Below the pieces are notes generated by a model, which had not been told where the DNA came from, made no database searches, and worked only from the letters and a program-made list of their open reading frames with translations. From Spirochaetota bacterium (lineage in GTDB: Bacteria; Spirochaetota; UBA4802; UBA5550): DNA of 64,000 nucleotides. Positions 51,659 to 61,742 of this stretch are shown in pieces. Every line of letters starts with the position of its first letter. The first letter of the stretch is position 1. A program made the position numbers and the translations under genes. Where the stretch lies: positions 512,001 to 576,000 of the forward strand of contig CAXXHB010000002.1 in the NCBI GenBank assembly GCA_963664815.2. Reading direction: 5' to 3'.

Positions 51659-52779
51659 ACGGTGAAACTGACCCGCTGAAGAAAACTATTTTAAAGAAAA
51701 AATCTCTTAGGGTAGTAGCTTATCTGGGGCTTGACAGGCCTAACAGGTGCATTGATTATGGTGAACTGCTGTTAAAAAAATTAATTGCAAGTCATCATAC
51801 AATTGCAGGTCTTGTAATTCATCCATCAGACCGGCTTGCTGACCTTGCCCGTAAATACTCTATACCATATATCAGCATACCACAGGAACTCCTTCAACCT
51901 GCGGATAAAATTAAAAAAGCATTGGCAGAAAATCAGCAGTTTATTGAATTTTATAAAATCTGGCTTGGGCATATACGTTCGTTTGGAGCTGATATAGGTA
52001 TTACCATGTGGGCATTATGGATCCCTGCAGAGATCTTTTCAATGCCTCCAATGGGGTTTATAAATTATCATCCTGCCCCTCTTCCGCAGATGAGAGGAAT
52101 GGAACCGGATACCTTTGCAATTCTTGAAGGGCGTAAGGAGATATTCGGAGCTGTCCATAAAGTAAATCATGCATTTGACTGCGGTGAAATTGTATCATGG
52201 ACAAGACATATTAAAATTCACCGGTATGATACTCCGGTTTCTGTTCTTGAGAATCTTAATCGGGAGGGGATCAGCACAATCATACATGTTTTAAACTCGT
52301 TTGCCGATGGAACAGCAAAAGGAGTTCCACAGTATACTGGTGAAGGGACAAGGACAACGCGTGATATGGCGCGTAAAGCTTCATTTATTGACTGGAGGTC
52401 GGATACTGTTGAAATTATTGACCGCAAGCTGAGAGCGTTTTGCGGTCAGGATATAGGTATCAGACTCAAAGCAGAATACCAGGGAACCATTCATAATATA
52501 GTTGATCTTGAAGGATATCATGGGAATTTTTCGGGTAAACCGGGGGATGTACTGGGGTTATATTGCGGGAAAGGTTTTTTTAAAGATCAGCCTGTTATTC
52601 GGGTACTGGATGGCATTATTATTGCACATCTTGGAAAAGTGATTACTCCGCTTTCGTATTCATCAATTTTTTATAATGAATGTCCGCAGGAAAAACTGAT
52701 TCTTCCGGGCAGGAGAAAGAGAATCACAAATCACAAAATGGTAATCCGCAGCATAACGGGATTAAATCAGAAGAATTAA
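51655..52779 (+). CDS. Formyltransferase-fold (Fmt-like) protein
   Basis: GFINYHPAPLPQMRG and AFDCGEI carry the Asn/His/Asp triad; IDW and KPGDV C-domain; ATGA overlap with the cyclase gene. Confidence 0.8.
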   Translation: MNGETDPLKKTILKKKSLRVVAYLGLDRPNRCIDYGELLLKKLIASHHTIAGLVIHPSDRLADLARKYSIPYISIPQELLQPADKIKKALAENQQFIEFYKIWLGHIRSFGADIGITMWALWIPAEIFSMPPMGFINYHPAPLPQMRGMEPDTFAILEGRKEIFGAVHKVNHAFDCGEIVSWTRHIKIHRYDTPVSVLENLNREGISTIIHVLNSFADGTAKGVPQYTGEGTRTTRDMARKASFIDWRSDTVEIIDRKLRAFCGQDIGIRLKAEYQGTIHNIVDLEGYHGNFSGKPGDVLGLYCGKGFFKDQPVIRVLDGIIIAHLGKVITPLSYSSIFYNECPQEKLILPGRRKRITNHKMVIRSITGLNQKN

Positions 52780-52796
52780 TTTATCATGGAAATAAT

Positions 52797-54104
52797 CTAT
52801 TTCTCAGACTGCTGAAGGAAAGCATCAGGGAAATAACCTATTATTGTTTTAACACTGTTATTTGATATTGCCTTTGAGTCATGAATTATGTGTGAATCTT
52901 TGCCTGAGTTTATGGTCAGAGGGATGGCAATTTTTTTATTGCTCCATCCAAGCCATGAGTATTCCGGCAGGAACCGCACAAATCTGTATTTGTCTGAAGG
53001 ATTCATATCCTTCCTGTAGGCATTTCTGGCGTCTTTTATTTCATCGGTGGTGAAATCCACTCCCTTGTATCCTCCGTAGGCGAAAACACCGACGCCAAGA
53101 CCGACTGTTTCAGCGGATTCACCATAAAAACCAAGCGCCATAATTCCAACACCGGCAGCTCCAATAAGAGTAAAAATCAAAAGACCTCCTGCAATGCCGA
53201 ATAATATCCGGGATGTCATTTTTGTTGAACTTACTCCGAATTTTTCAGCATACTTAACATCATCGATAGTATCAGCTATTTCATTGTTACGCGTTTTATG
53301 CCTTGCATACCAACCCGAAGCATCGGGAGTAATAAAAAGATTCATTTTTATGTTTTCATCAATAGTAAGAGAAAGATGCGATTTGTTTCCCATGGCTTTG
53401 AAATCAACATCCCTGAAACCGCGAAGGAATTTATCACCCTTGGGATTCCAGTACGGCTGGTATCCTATACCTCCGAGGATCAGTGTCAGATTCGCCGGAG
53501 GTTCCTCCATTGAGATAAGCTCCCTGATCCATTTCATTGAAGGATTTAAAACAACTGCACGCCTGAAGTCGGCACGGGCATCATCCCACTCGCCGCACAT
53601 ATTCCACAGAACTCCACATATAACTCGCATAAATGCGTCATCGAATCTCCCTTCTTCACTGAACTTATTGCTTAAGAGTATGGCCGCTTTTTTTACCTCA
53701 ACACGGGCTTCAGAAAATTCTCCCCGAAGAGAATAACCCCAGCTTAACAGAAAATGCATCCATATGATTTCATGTTCAGAAGCATAGTAGCCTTCAGGAG
53801 TTTCTACAAAAAAAAAGGATTTTGCCTCGCGGGAAATTTTATATCGTATCTGCTTATCAATTTTTACTGCATAAGCTGCAAGTTTGTCTATGTCAGGATT
53901 TCCTGTTAAAAGATTAAGATATGTTCTTTCCATAACCGTAATGAACCCATTTCCTTCACCAGTTGGAAGAGATTCAATGGCTCTTTTAATATCGCCTGAT
54001 ATCATTGCAGATGATGAAAAATAGTATGAACTTTTTGTGTTTAATGTTGAACAGTTAAGAGTCATTAAAGACAGAATAAGGATTATTGAGATTATTCTAT
54101 TCAT
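52797..54104 (-). CDS. Helical lipoprotein (COG3014-like)
   Basis: Lipobox TLNC; YYASEHEIIWMHFL..Y....EARVE, DDARADFRRA. Confidence 0.6.
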   Translation of the reverse strand: MNRIISIILILSLMTLNCSTLNTKSSYYFSSSAMISGDIKRAIESLPTGEGNGFITVMERTYLNLLTGNPDIDKLAAYAVKIDKQIRYKISREAKSFFFVETPEGYYASEHEIIWMHFLLSWGYSLRGEFSEARVEVKKAAILLSNKFSEEGRFDDAFMRVICGVLWNMCGEWDDARADFRRAVVLNPSMKWIRELISMEEPPANLTLILGGIGYQPYWNPKGDKFLRGFRDVDFKAMGNKSHLSLTIDENIKMNLFITPDASGWYARHKTRNNEIADTIDDVKYAEKFGVSSTKMTSRILFGIAGGLLIFTLIGAAGVGIMALGFYGESAETVGLGVGVFAYGGYKGVDFTTDEIKDARNAYRKDMNPSDKYRFVRFLPEYSWLGWSNKKIAIPLTINSGKDSHIIHDSKAISNNSVKTIIGYFPDAFLQQSEK

Positions 54105-54318
54105 TTTTTATGTGCCTTTTAATGTTTATATCGTGTAAAAAATGCAGATAAAGCATTCCGGAACATTTATTTCAGTCGTTTTGAATTTATCAAAATATGG
54201 AATCCGCTATAAATAGAATTATGTTGGAACCGGAAATTATGCATATGTAAAAAACACAAACAGTAACATTTGCCGACTATAATTAAAGCTGCATGATGTT
54301 CATCATTTATAGTAAAAT

Positions 54319-54365
54319 ATTATTCTTATATTGACAAATCAGTTTTTTGTCAATATAAGAATAAT
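54319..54365. promoter_or_regulatory. Perfect 20-bp inverted repeat forming TTGACA-N17-TATAAG on both strands
   Basis: ATTATTCTTATATTGACAAA-tcagttt-TTTGTCAATATAAGAATAAT between divergent genes. Confidence 0.7.
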
Positions 54366-54828
54366 TAATTTCTGAGCAGAACCTGAATTTTATTATATAG
54401 TATTTGTACAACTGTAGTTTTACTGTGGTTTATAAATAAATCAGATTCTTTTTTTCTCACATAATAAAAAATTACTTTTATAGTTGTTTTTTATTATTAC
54501 ACTTTAGATCTATTGAAAATGTTTTATCTTTCCCGGTTTTAACCGGCTTTTCAACTCTGTTACAGAAGAAAATCAAAATATATTGCTCATGATTATAATA
54601 TTTTAATGAGATAAAAGATCTTGATTTATTTTTTAGATGGCTGTTAGTATAACAATTAAAGGAAATGCTGTTTTTAAAAAAATTTGCAAAAGCGTAGCAG
54701 TCAATTTAATCAAGAATGATATTAAATCTTTCTATCGATAAAATTCTGCGTAATCCATACGAACAACATGCAGAGCAGTATGTAACATAACTGCTGTCAG
54801 AATACAGCAGTGAATAAAGGAGAGTTTT

Positions 54829-55608
54829 ATGAGAAATATAAAATATGGTTTCTGTGCTTTAATGATAATGTTTACTGCATGCGCGAGTTTACCCCCTGAA
54901 GTTCCGCATGGAGAAAACAGCTCAATAATCGGGATTTCAGTCAGGGTTAACAGAATAATGTTCTCACCAAATCCCCACGCTGTTTATTTCATTAAACTGA
55001 ATGAAAAAGACAATATATATATGAGTGATGGTTCTTTCCTGAAATCAAATTTCCATGAAGGGGATCAGTATTATTTTCTTAATGCAGAACCCGGACGCTA
55101 CATTGCAGTTGCGGCATTTAAAGGAAGCGAAACAACAGACGGCCGTGGTAATACTGTAAAAGAGTCACCTGACGATACTGTATATTACTTTCCTCTTGAT
55201 ATGGTACAGTTCACGGATACAAAATTCAAAACAGGTGAAATAGCATTCCTGGGGAAATATACGTTAGATTTGCCTGTCAATTTTGAATATGGCCTTAAAA
55301 ATCCTGATGAATCACAGGTGTATTATTGTAAAAGGCTTCAGCCTAATAAAGCTGAGCCAAGTGCGCTTGGCTGCTGTATAGAGACTCTAATTGCCATTGG
55401 CGGGGGCACGGGTGAAACTGCTGAAGCTGTAAAACTGAAAATGAAAGACAAAAACAGGAAGGCAGAAACTGAGTTCTGGACAAAGGCAAAGAAACATTTC
55501 AGTGAAAGTTCAATACAGGGCGTGCAGGATAAAGAAGAATCAGATAAAATTAAAATCTGGCTGAATATAATAGACAGAAGGCTGAAAAAGATTTCTGAGG
55601 ATCAGTAG
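54829..55608 (+). CDS. Hypothetical lipoprotein
   Basis: AAGGAG RBS; lipobox FTAC; YFLNAEPGRY..VAA, GEIAFLG. Confidence 0.7.
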   Translation: MRNIKYGFCALMIMFTACASLPPEVPHGENSSIIGISVRVNRIMFSPNPHAVYFIKLNEKDNIYMSDGSFLKSNFHEGDQYYFLNAEPGRYIAVAAFKGSETTDGRGNTVKESPDDTVYYFPLDMVQFTDTKFKTGEIAFLGKYTLDLPVNFEYGLKNPDESQVYYCKRLQPNKAEPSALGCCIETLIAIGGGTGETAEAVKLKMKDKNRKAETEFWTKAKKHFSESSIQGVQDKEESDKIKIWLNIIDRRLKKISEDQ

Positions 55609-55718
55609 CAGCTAAATGCAGTATTGTTAAATAGCATAATTTAAGATTAATGCTATGCATGGAGAGAGGATTTATAAGCCTGTTTTCACTGCTGCATAAT
55701 CTTGTTTTGCATCACAGA

Positions 55719-58403
55719 TTATACTTTTTCCAGCTTTACTGCACAGGCTTTATATTCGGCAGTTTTTGTCTCGGGATCAAAAACGTTGTTTGTAAGCCAG
55801 TTGGCATTGCCTTCCCGGAAATGAAATGACATCCACACAAGTCCTGCAGATACTTCATCAGTAACCCTTGCCCGCACTTTCACTGAACCGCGGCGCGATG
55901 TAACCTTAACATAATCGTGGTGTTTTATGCCGAGCTTTTCAGCATCAGCGGGGGATATGTCTGCGGTCTCTTCGGAGAGCATCATGTCAAGACCTGATCG
56001 GCCGGTCTGTGTCCTGGTATGGTAGTGGTAAAGCCTGCGTCCTGTGCTGAGAATAAATGGATATTCAATATCAGTTACTTCCGCAGGCGGAGTCCATTCA
56101 ACTGAAGCGAAGAGACCCTTCCCTCGCGTGAATTTTCCGTTTTTGTGCAGAAATTTTGTACCCGGATGTTCCGTGTCAGGGCATGGCCACTGAAGACCGT
56201 CATTTTCGAGTCTGGAATATTTTATGCCTGACAGTGACGGAGCGAGTGTTGAAACTTCCTTATCCCAAATATCCTGCGCGCTTTCAGATTTCCATTCGTA
56301 TCCCATCCGCCTTGCTAATTCCCTGAATACCCACCAGTTCGGCATTGCTATACCTGGCGCATCTTTGATTTTCCTTACCCTGTTTACCCGGCGTTCGCTG
56401 CTGGTGAATGTCCCTTCATCCTCACACCATGCGGCAGCAGGGAAAATTACATGTGCGTACTTTGTCGTATCAGTGTGGAATATATCGTTACATACAATGA
56501 ATTCAGCAGATTCCAGTTCATGATGCACGTGATTCATGTTAGGTTCAGTGTTGGCCAGGTTCTCCCCGAATATGTAAAATCCCCTTATTTTCTTTAACGG
56601 GAGAGATGCCATCATGTCAGGTATCATTATACCAGGTTTTTCCGGAAGATTTGAAACGTCCCATGCTCTCATGAACTTTTCACTGGCAGCAGGATCGTCA
56701 ACTCTCTGGTATCCCGGGAACAGATTCGGTAAAGCGCCCATGTCGCAGGCACCCTGTACATTGTTCTGACCCCTGAGTGGGTTTACACCAGCGCTCTCCA
56801 TCCCCATATTTCCAAGCAGCATCTGGAGGTTTGCTATGGATATGACGTTGTTTTTGCCGCATGTATGTTCAGTAATGCCAAGTGTGTAGCAGACCATTCC
56901 AGGTTTCACTGATGCCATTGTGCGCGCGATAACTCTGATGATATCCGGGTCCACACCGCATATCTCTGACGATCTTTCCGGTGTATAATCCATAACTGTG
57001 GATTTCATTTCATCAAAATGCTCTGTGTTTTCTTCAACGAACTTTTTATCGTATAAATTTTCTGTTATGAGTACATGCATGATTCCGTTAAGGAACGCAA
57101 CGTCAGATCCTGCACGGATTTCTGCGAAGATATCTGCTCTTCGCGCAAGCTCATGCCTGCGCGGATCCACAACAATAATTTTAGCGCCTCGTTTTTTTGC
57201 CCGCTTGACGAAGTATGAAGCAACCGGATGAGCCTCGGTCATGTTTGTCCCTATAAGAAAAAACAGTCTGGCCTTTTCGAACTCAGAAAAAGAATTTGTC
57301 ATAGCCCCTGAACCGAAGGATGCTGCCAGACCGGCAACAGTCGGGGCGTGTCAGGTTCGGGCACAGTGATCAATATTGTTTGTGCCCAGCACCCCCCTGA
57401 AAAATTTCTGCATGTTATACGAGTCTTCGTTGGTGCTCCTCGCGCAGCTGACCCCTGCCAGAGCATCCGGCCCTGATTCATCAATTATCTGTCTGAATTT
57501 TGACGCAACAAGATTGAGCGCCTCATCCCATCCTGCCTCTCTGAAACTTTCCCCTTCCCTGATCAGAGGCGTTTTAAGTCTGTCGTCTGAATATATGAAA
57601 TCGTATCCGTAACGTCCTTTCACACAGAGGTGCCCCCTGTTGGGCTCTGCTCCCTCTGATCCTGTGACACGGATGATACGGTCACCCTTTACGTGCAGTT
57701 CCAGCTGGCACCCTACCCCGCAGTAAGGACATGTAGTACGTACTTTTTTTCTTTCCCACACGCGTCCCATACCTGCACCCTTTTTTTCGATAAGAGCACC
57801 AACAGGGCAGAGCTGGACGCATTCACCGCATTGGACACATGAAGATTCACCCATTGGCTTGTCGTCATCACATATAACCTTTGTAAGATCACCTCTGTAG
57901 CCGAAATCGAGCACCTCATTCACAACAAGATTGTTGCATCCCTCAACGCATCTTCCGCATTTGATGCATTTGTCCTGGTCGCGTCTTATAAAAACGGCAG
58001 AGTCATCTTTCGCAGAAAGCTCTTCTGCGATAAATGCCGGGGCTTCGATCCCCAGCCTGTACGCGGCATTCTGAAGCTCGCAGTCTCCGTTCATTTCGCA
58101 TGAGATACAGTTGTGTTTTCCATTCGAGAGTAGCAGGTTAACTATTAGTTTGCGGGCTTCCATTATACGGTTACTTTCTGTTGTTACCTCCATTCCCGGA
58201 AACGGAAGAAGAGAGCATGCAGTCTGAAGGTTCTGCATGCCTTCAACTTCTATAACGCAGATTCTGCACACTCCGGCCTGTCCTGTTCTCTGATGGTGAC
58301 AAAGCGATGGTATGTAGATTCCGTTTTCTCTTGCAGACTGAAGGACAGTTTTTTCTTTATCAACCGGGATTGCTGTTTTATTTATAAAAAATATATCGTT
58401 CAT
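55719..58403 (-). CDS. fdhA: Selenocysteine-containing Mo/W formate dehydrogenase alpha subunit (894 aa; joins two ORF-track entries)
   Basis: [2Fe-2S] and 2x[4Fe-4S] N-terminus, CPYCGVGC, DHCART-TGA-HAPTVAGL..SFGSGAMTN in frame, PLRGQNNVQG. Confidence 0.95.
57321..57339 (-). promoter_or_regulatory. Bacterial SECIS element
   Basis: UGUUGCC-GGUCU-GGCAGCA hairpin starting 11 nt after the in-frame UGA (57351-57353). Confidence 0.88.
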
Positions 58404-58424
58404 TGAGTTGTTTCCTCTTGTAAA

Positions 58425-60143
58425 CTAACATTTTATAAGATCATCAAACTCAGTCCTGAATTTTGAGATCATCGCAATTATCGGTACGGTGAAGGCTTCG
58501 CCCATAGGACAGATTGTAAGTCCACGGATGCTGCTGCAGGTGCGAAGAATGAGATCTATGTCATCCATTTTTCCTCTGCCCGTGACAATTGCACCAAGCC
58601 TGTTTTTTATAATACGAGTTCCCTCTCTGCAGGGGACACACTGGCCGCATGATTCATGATGGTAGAATTCAATTGTCCTCAGTGCAAGTTCCGGAATAGA
58701 CACGAAATCATTTATAACAATGACAGCACCTGAACCGAGAGATGTCCCTTTTTTCAGGCACGAGTCGTAATCGAGTATAAGCCCGTCAGCTTCACCGGCA
58801 GTAATAATTGCCGAAGAGAGACCTCCGGGAATAACTCCTTTAAGGTTTCCTTTCACTCCGCCGGCTGCATTAATCAAGACATTAAGAGGAGTACCAAGCG
58901 GATATTCAAAGATCCCGGGTTTGTTCACATGGCCTGAAATGCCGAAGAGTTTCGGTCCGGAGTTGTTCACTGTTCCAATATTTCTGAAAGCTGCTGCACT
59001 TTTTAAAATAATAAAAGGGACGCATGAAAGTGTTTCAACATTGTTAATCACAGTGGGGAAGCCATATAACCCGCTGTTTGCCGGAAATGGCGGCTTCATC
59101 CTGGGATTACCCCTTTTACCTTCGAGAGATTCTATCTGTGCAGTTTCATCACCGCACACGTATGAACCACCGCCACGATGCACAACAATCTCTGTATGGC
59201 TGAGCAATCCGGCATTCTTCGCTTCGTTTATTGCAGTTTCAAGAATATCTGCGATCCAAGAAAATTCACCGCGTATATATATAAATGCTTTTTCTGCATT
59301 TACCGCACTGGCGCTTATGGCAATCCCCTCAATAAGGAGGTGAGGGTTAAATTCCATTATCTGTCTGTCTTTAAACGTTCCAGGCTCACCTTCATCAGCG
59401 TTGCATATGAGGTAAACAGGACGCTTGTCGTCTTTCGGGAGATAAGACCACTTCAGACCCGCAGGGAAACCGGCACCACCGCGGCCACGTAAGCCAGATT
59501 CTTTAACTTCATCAATAATATCCTCCGGCTTCATGGACAGTGCCTTTGAGAGTGCGCTGTACCCTCCATGTTGTATATAATATGCAAGAGATCTGCATTC
59601 CGGGTTAGTTCTGTCATTGAGGAGTATCCCGAAATGCGATACAACATTTATCGAGGGATCATTAACGGGATCAGCTCCATTTCTCAGCGCGTCTATAAGC
59701 GCATCAATTTTCTCAATGGTCATGTTCTCAAAATAGCGGTCATTTACCTGCAAAACAGGCCCTGTTGCGGATGAACCGAGATCCTGCACAGAAGAGAGTG
59801 TAAACATCCCGTCTGCAGTGGTTTCGCCGTCGCTTATATAAAGTTTGTTGCAGAGATGTTCCATTATTGCATCAGCTCCATGCAGAAATCCAGGTACGCA
59901 TGTATCGAGCTGCAGGTGGTACTTTCCCACCGGCTTTGTGTTGAACATCGTGTAGTAGGTCGATATGCCGTAAACACTGCTCATGCTAATGCCTGTAATA
60001 GCGGCAGCCTTTGACCTGGCATTGCTGTCAAGATAATTGCTGTTTTCTTTCTGCAAATGCTGTAAAACAGGCATAATAGCAGATTTTTTTTCCGGATATT
60101 TATCTGAAATAAATGTATAGGTATTATTTTTTTCTTTTTTCAT
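58425..60143 (-). CDS. NuoE-NuoF fusion, NAD(H)/FMN-binding diaphorase subunit of the formate dehydrogenase
   Basis: TYYTMF...P.GKYH NuoE-like domain; GRGGAGFP, CNADEGEPGTFKDR, YVCGDE, ESCGQCVPCREG...CPMG; start 60143 or 60188. Confidence 0.9.
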   Translation of the reverse strand: MKKEKNNTYTFISDKYPEKKSAIMPVLQHLQKENSNYLDSNARSKAAAITGISMSSVYGISTYYTMFNTKPVGKYHLQLDTCVPGFLHGADAIMEHLCNKLYISDGETTADGMFTLSSVQDLGSSATGPVLQVNDRYFENMTIEKIDALIDALRNGADPVNDPSINVVSHFGILLNDRTNPECRSLAYYIQHGGYSALSKALSMKPEDIIDEVKESGLRGRGGAGFPAGLKWSYLPKDDKRPVYLICNADEGEPGTFKDRQIMEFNPHLLIEGIAISASAVNAEKAFIYIRGEFSWIADILETAINEAKNAGLLSHTEIVVHRGGGSYVCGDETAQIESLEGKRGNPRMKPPFPANSGLYGFPTVINNVETLSCVPFIILKSAAAFRNIGTVNNSGPKLFGISGHVNKPGIFEYPLGTPLNVLINAAGGVKGNLKGVIPGGLSSAIITAGEADGLILDYDSCLKKGTSLGSGAVIVINDFVSIPELALRTIEFYHHESCGQCVPCREGTRIIKNRLGAIVTGRGKMDDIDLILRTCSSIRGLTICPMGEAFTVPIIAMISKFRTEFDDLIKC

Positions 60144-60564
60144 AAGGGTCTTTTTTTTAAATATATTAATTTCTTTTATCAATTTCATCAGCGGAATATG
60201 TCAATGGTTTTACAAAAGACGATATAAAATATGATCAATAATATACACTGTGCAATGAATTTAATAAAGTCAAACATGTTCAGGTGAATCAGCCAAAAGT
60301 ACAATGCAGAAGCATTTATTCAATATCTTAAACCGGGTAGTTCTTCAAATAGGCTGCTTCTTGCAGAAAAAAGCGAAGACTTTACGCAAAAAGAAATTCA
60401 TTTTATCGGCTGCTTTTAATTAATTTGACAATGGGATAAAATTTTTTTGGAAAATTATTAAATTAAATATGACTAAAAAGTCATTTATGTTTATCATTTG
60501 ACAATTCCAAGGTATAAATATACCAATTATCAGGATTATTTTATATGCAATATGGAAATCTTTT

Positions 60565-61302
60565 ATGAAACTTGCTGAACTTGCTGATTTAAAAGAACTT
60601 CAGAAACTCTGTGAAAGCTTTACAGCATTCACCAATGCCGTAACAGCAATAATTGATCTGGACGGAAATATTTTTACATCAACAGGGTGGCGGGATATCT
60701 GCACAAACTTCCATCGTGTTAATCCCCATACGGCTTTAAGATGCAGAGAAAGCGATACAGTTCTTTCAGAACAGATAAATAACGGGGATACATATAAAGT
60801 CTACAAATGCAAAAACGGACTTATCGATGTTGCCGTACCGCTTATTATCGGAAATCAACATGTTGCTAACTTTTTTACCGGTCAGTTTTTTTTTGAAAAA
60901 CCGGACAAGGATTACTTTATATGCCAGGCTGAAAAATTCGGATTTGATAAAAAATCCTATATGGATGCACTTGACAGAGTACCAGTCTATTCCGAAGAAT
61001 ATATCTTTAAAATGATGAATTTTCTTACAAATCTTGCTCGCGTTATAGGTGAATCAGAGATGGCCCGGAAAAAAGTTGAAGCCATCCGTGAACAGCTTAT
61101 AATCGAATTGAACAATTCAGAAAAAAAAATTAAGACTCTAAGCGGGCTCCTCCCGATATGTGCTTCTTGTAAAAAAATCAGGAATGATGAGGGTTACTGG
61201 GAACAGATAGAAACATATGTCAGTGAACACACTGAGGCTGACTTCAGTCACAGTATCTGTCCTGATTGTGCAAAAAGACTTTATCCTGAACTGATTATTT
61301 AA
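60565..61302 (+). CDS. PocR sensor domain protein with C-terminal Cys/His zinc-binding module
   Basis: WRDICTNFHR...CRESD, YKCKNGLIDVAVP, FTGQF; tail LLPICASCKKIR..GYWEQIE.Y....FSHSICPDC. Confidence 0.85.
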   Translation: MKLAELADLKELQKLCESFTAFTNAVTAIIDLDGNIFTSTGWRDICTNFHRVNPHTALRCRESDTVLSEQINNGDTYKVYKCKNGLIDVAVPLIIGNQHVANFFTGQFFFEKPDKDYFICQAEKFGFDKKSYMDALDRVPVYSEEYIFKMMNFLTNLARVIGESEMARKKVEAIREQLIIELNNSEKKIKTLSGLLPICASCKKIRNDEGYWEQIETYVSEHTEADFSHSICPDCAKRLYPELII

Positions 61303-61742
61303 ATTTCATTTAAACAGAATCGTATTGAGTACTTAATGTCTGGATTGATACGATTTTCCATAGACCCGCTTTTGCTGAAATACGAAAAAGTAGATTTGTT
61401 TTTCACTATAAGTCAGGTCTTTCTGTGTATCACACGGTAATTATACTACACGAGAATATAATATACAGGTTATTACAATGTATTACATGCATGTAAATAT
61501 TTAACGTAAAAAACGTTTAATAAGAATCATCAGATATAATAGATTACAAACCCAAGTATAGAAACAACATGCATCAATTTTTATTGTTACACCGTTGTTA
61601 ATTATAGAGCTCTCTTTCTGTATATGCACTGTAACTCTTGACGGCATTTAAATTGTTTTTTTCATATAATGAATCATATGTTCGTTTTCCGGTCTTATCA
61701 GAGAGGAGAGAGAACATATACATTTAGCTACATATTTATTAA

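Noticed and set aside
57299-57484. Separate 61-aa ORF or a frameshift in fdh
   Set aside because: Off-frame shadow; the two fdh halves share one frame across a Sec TGA
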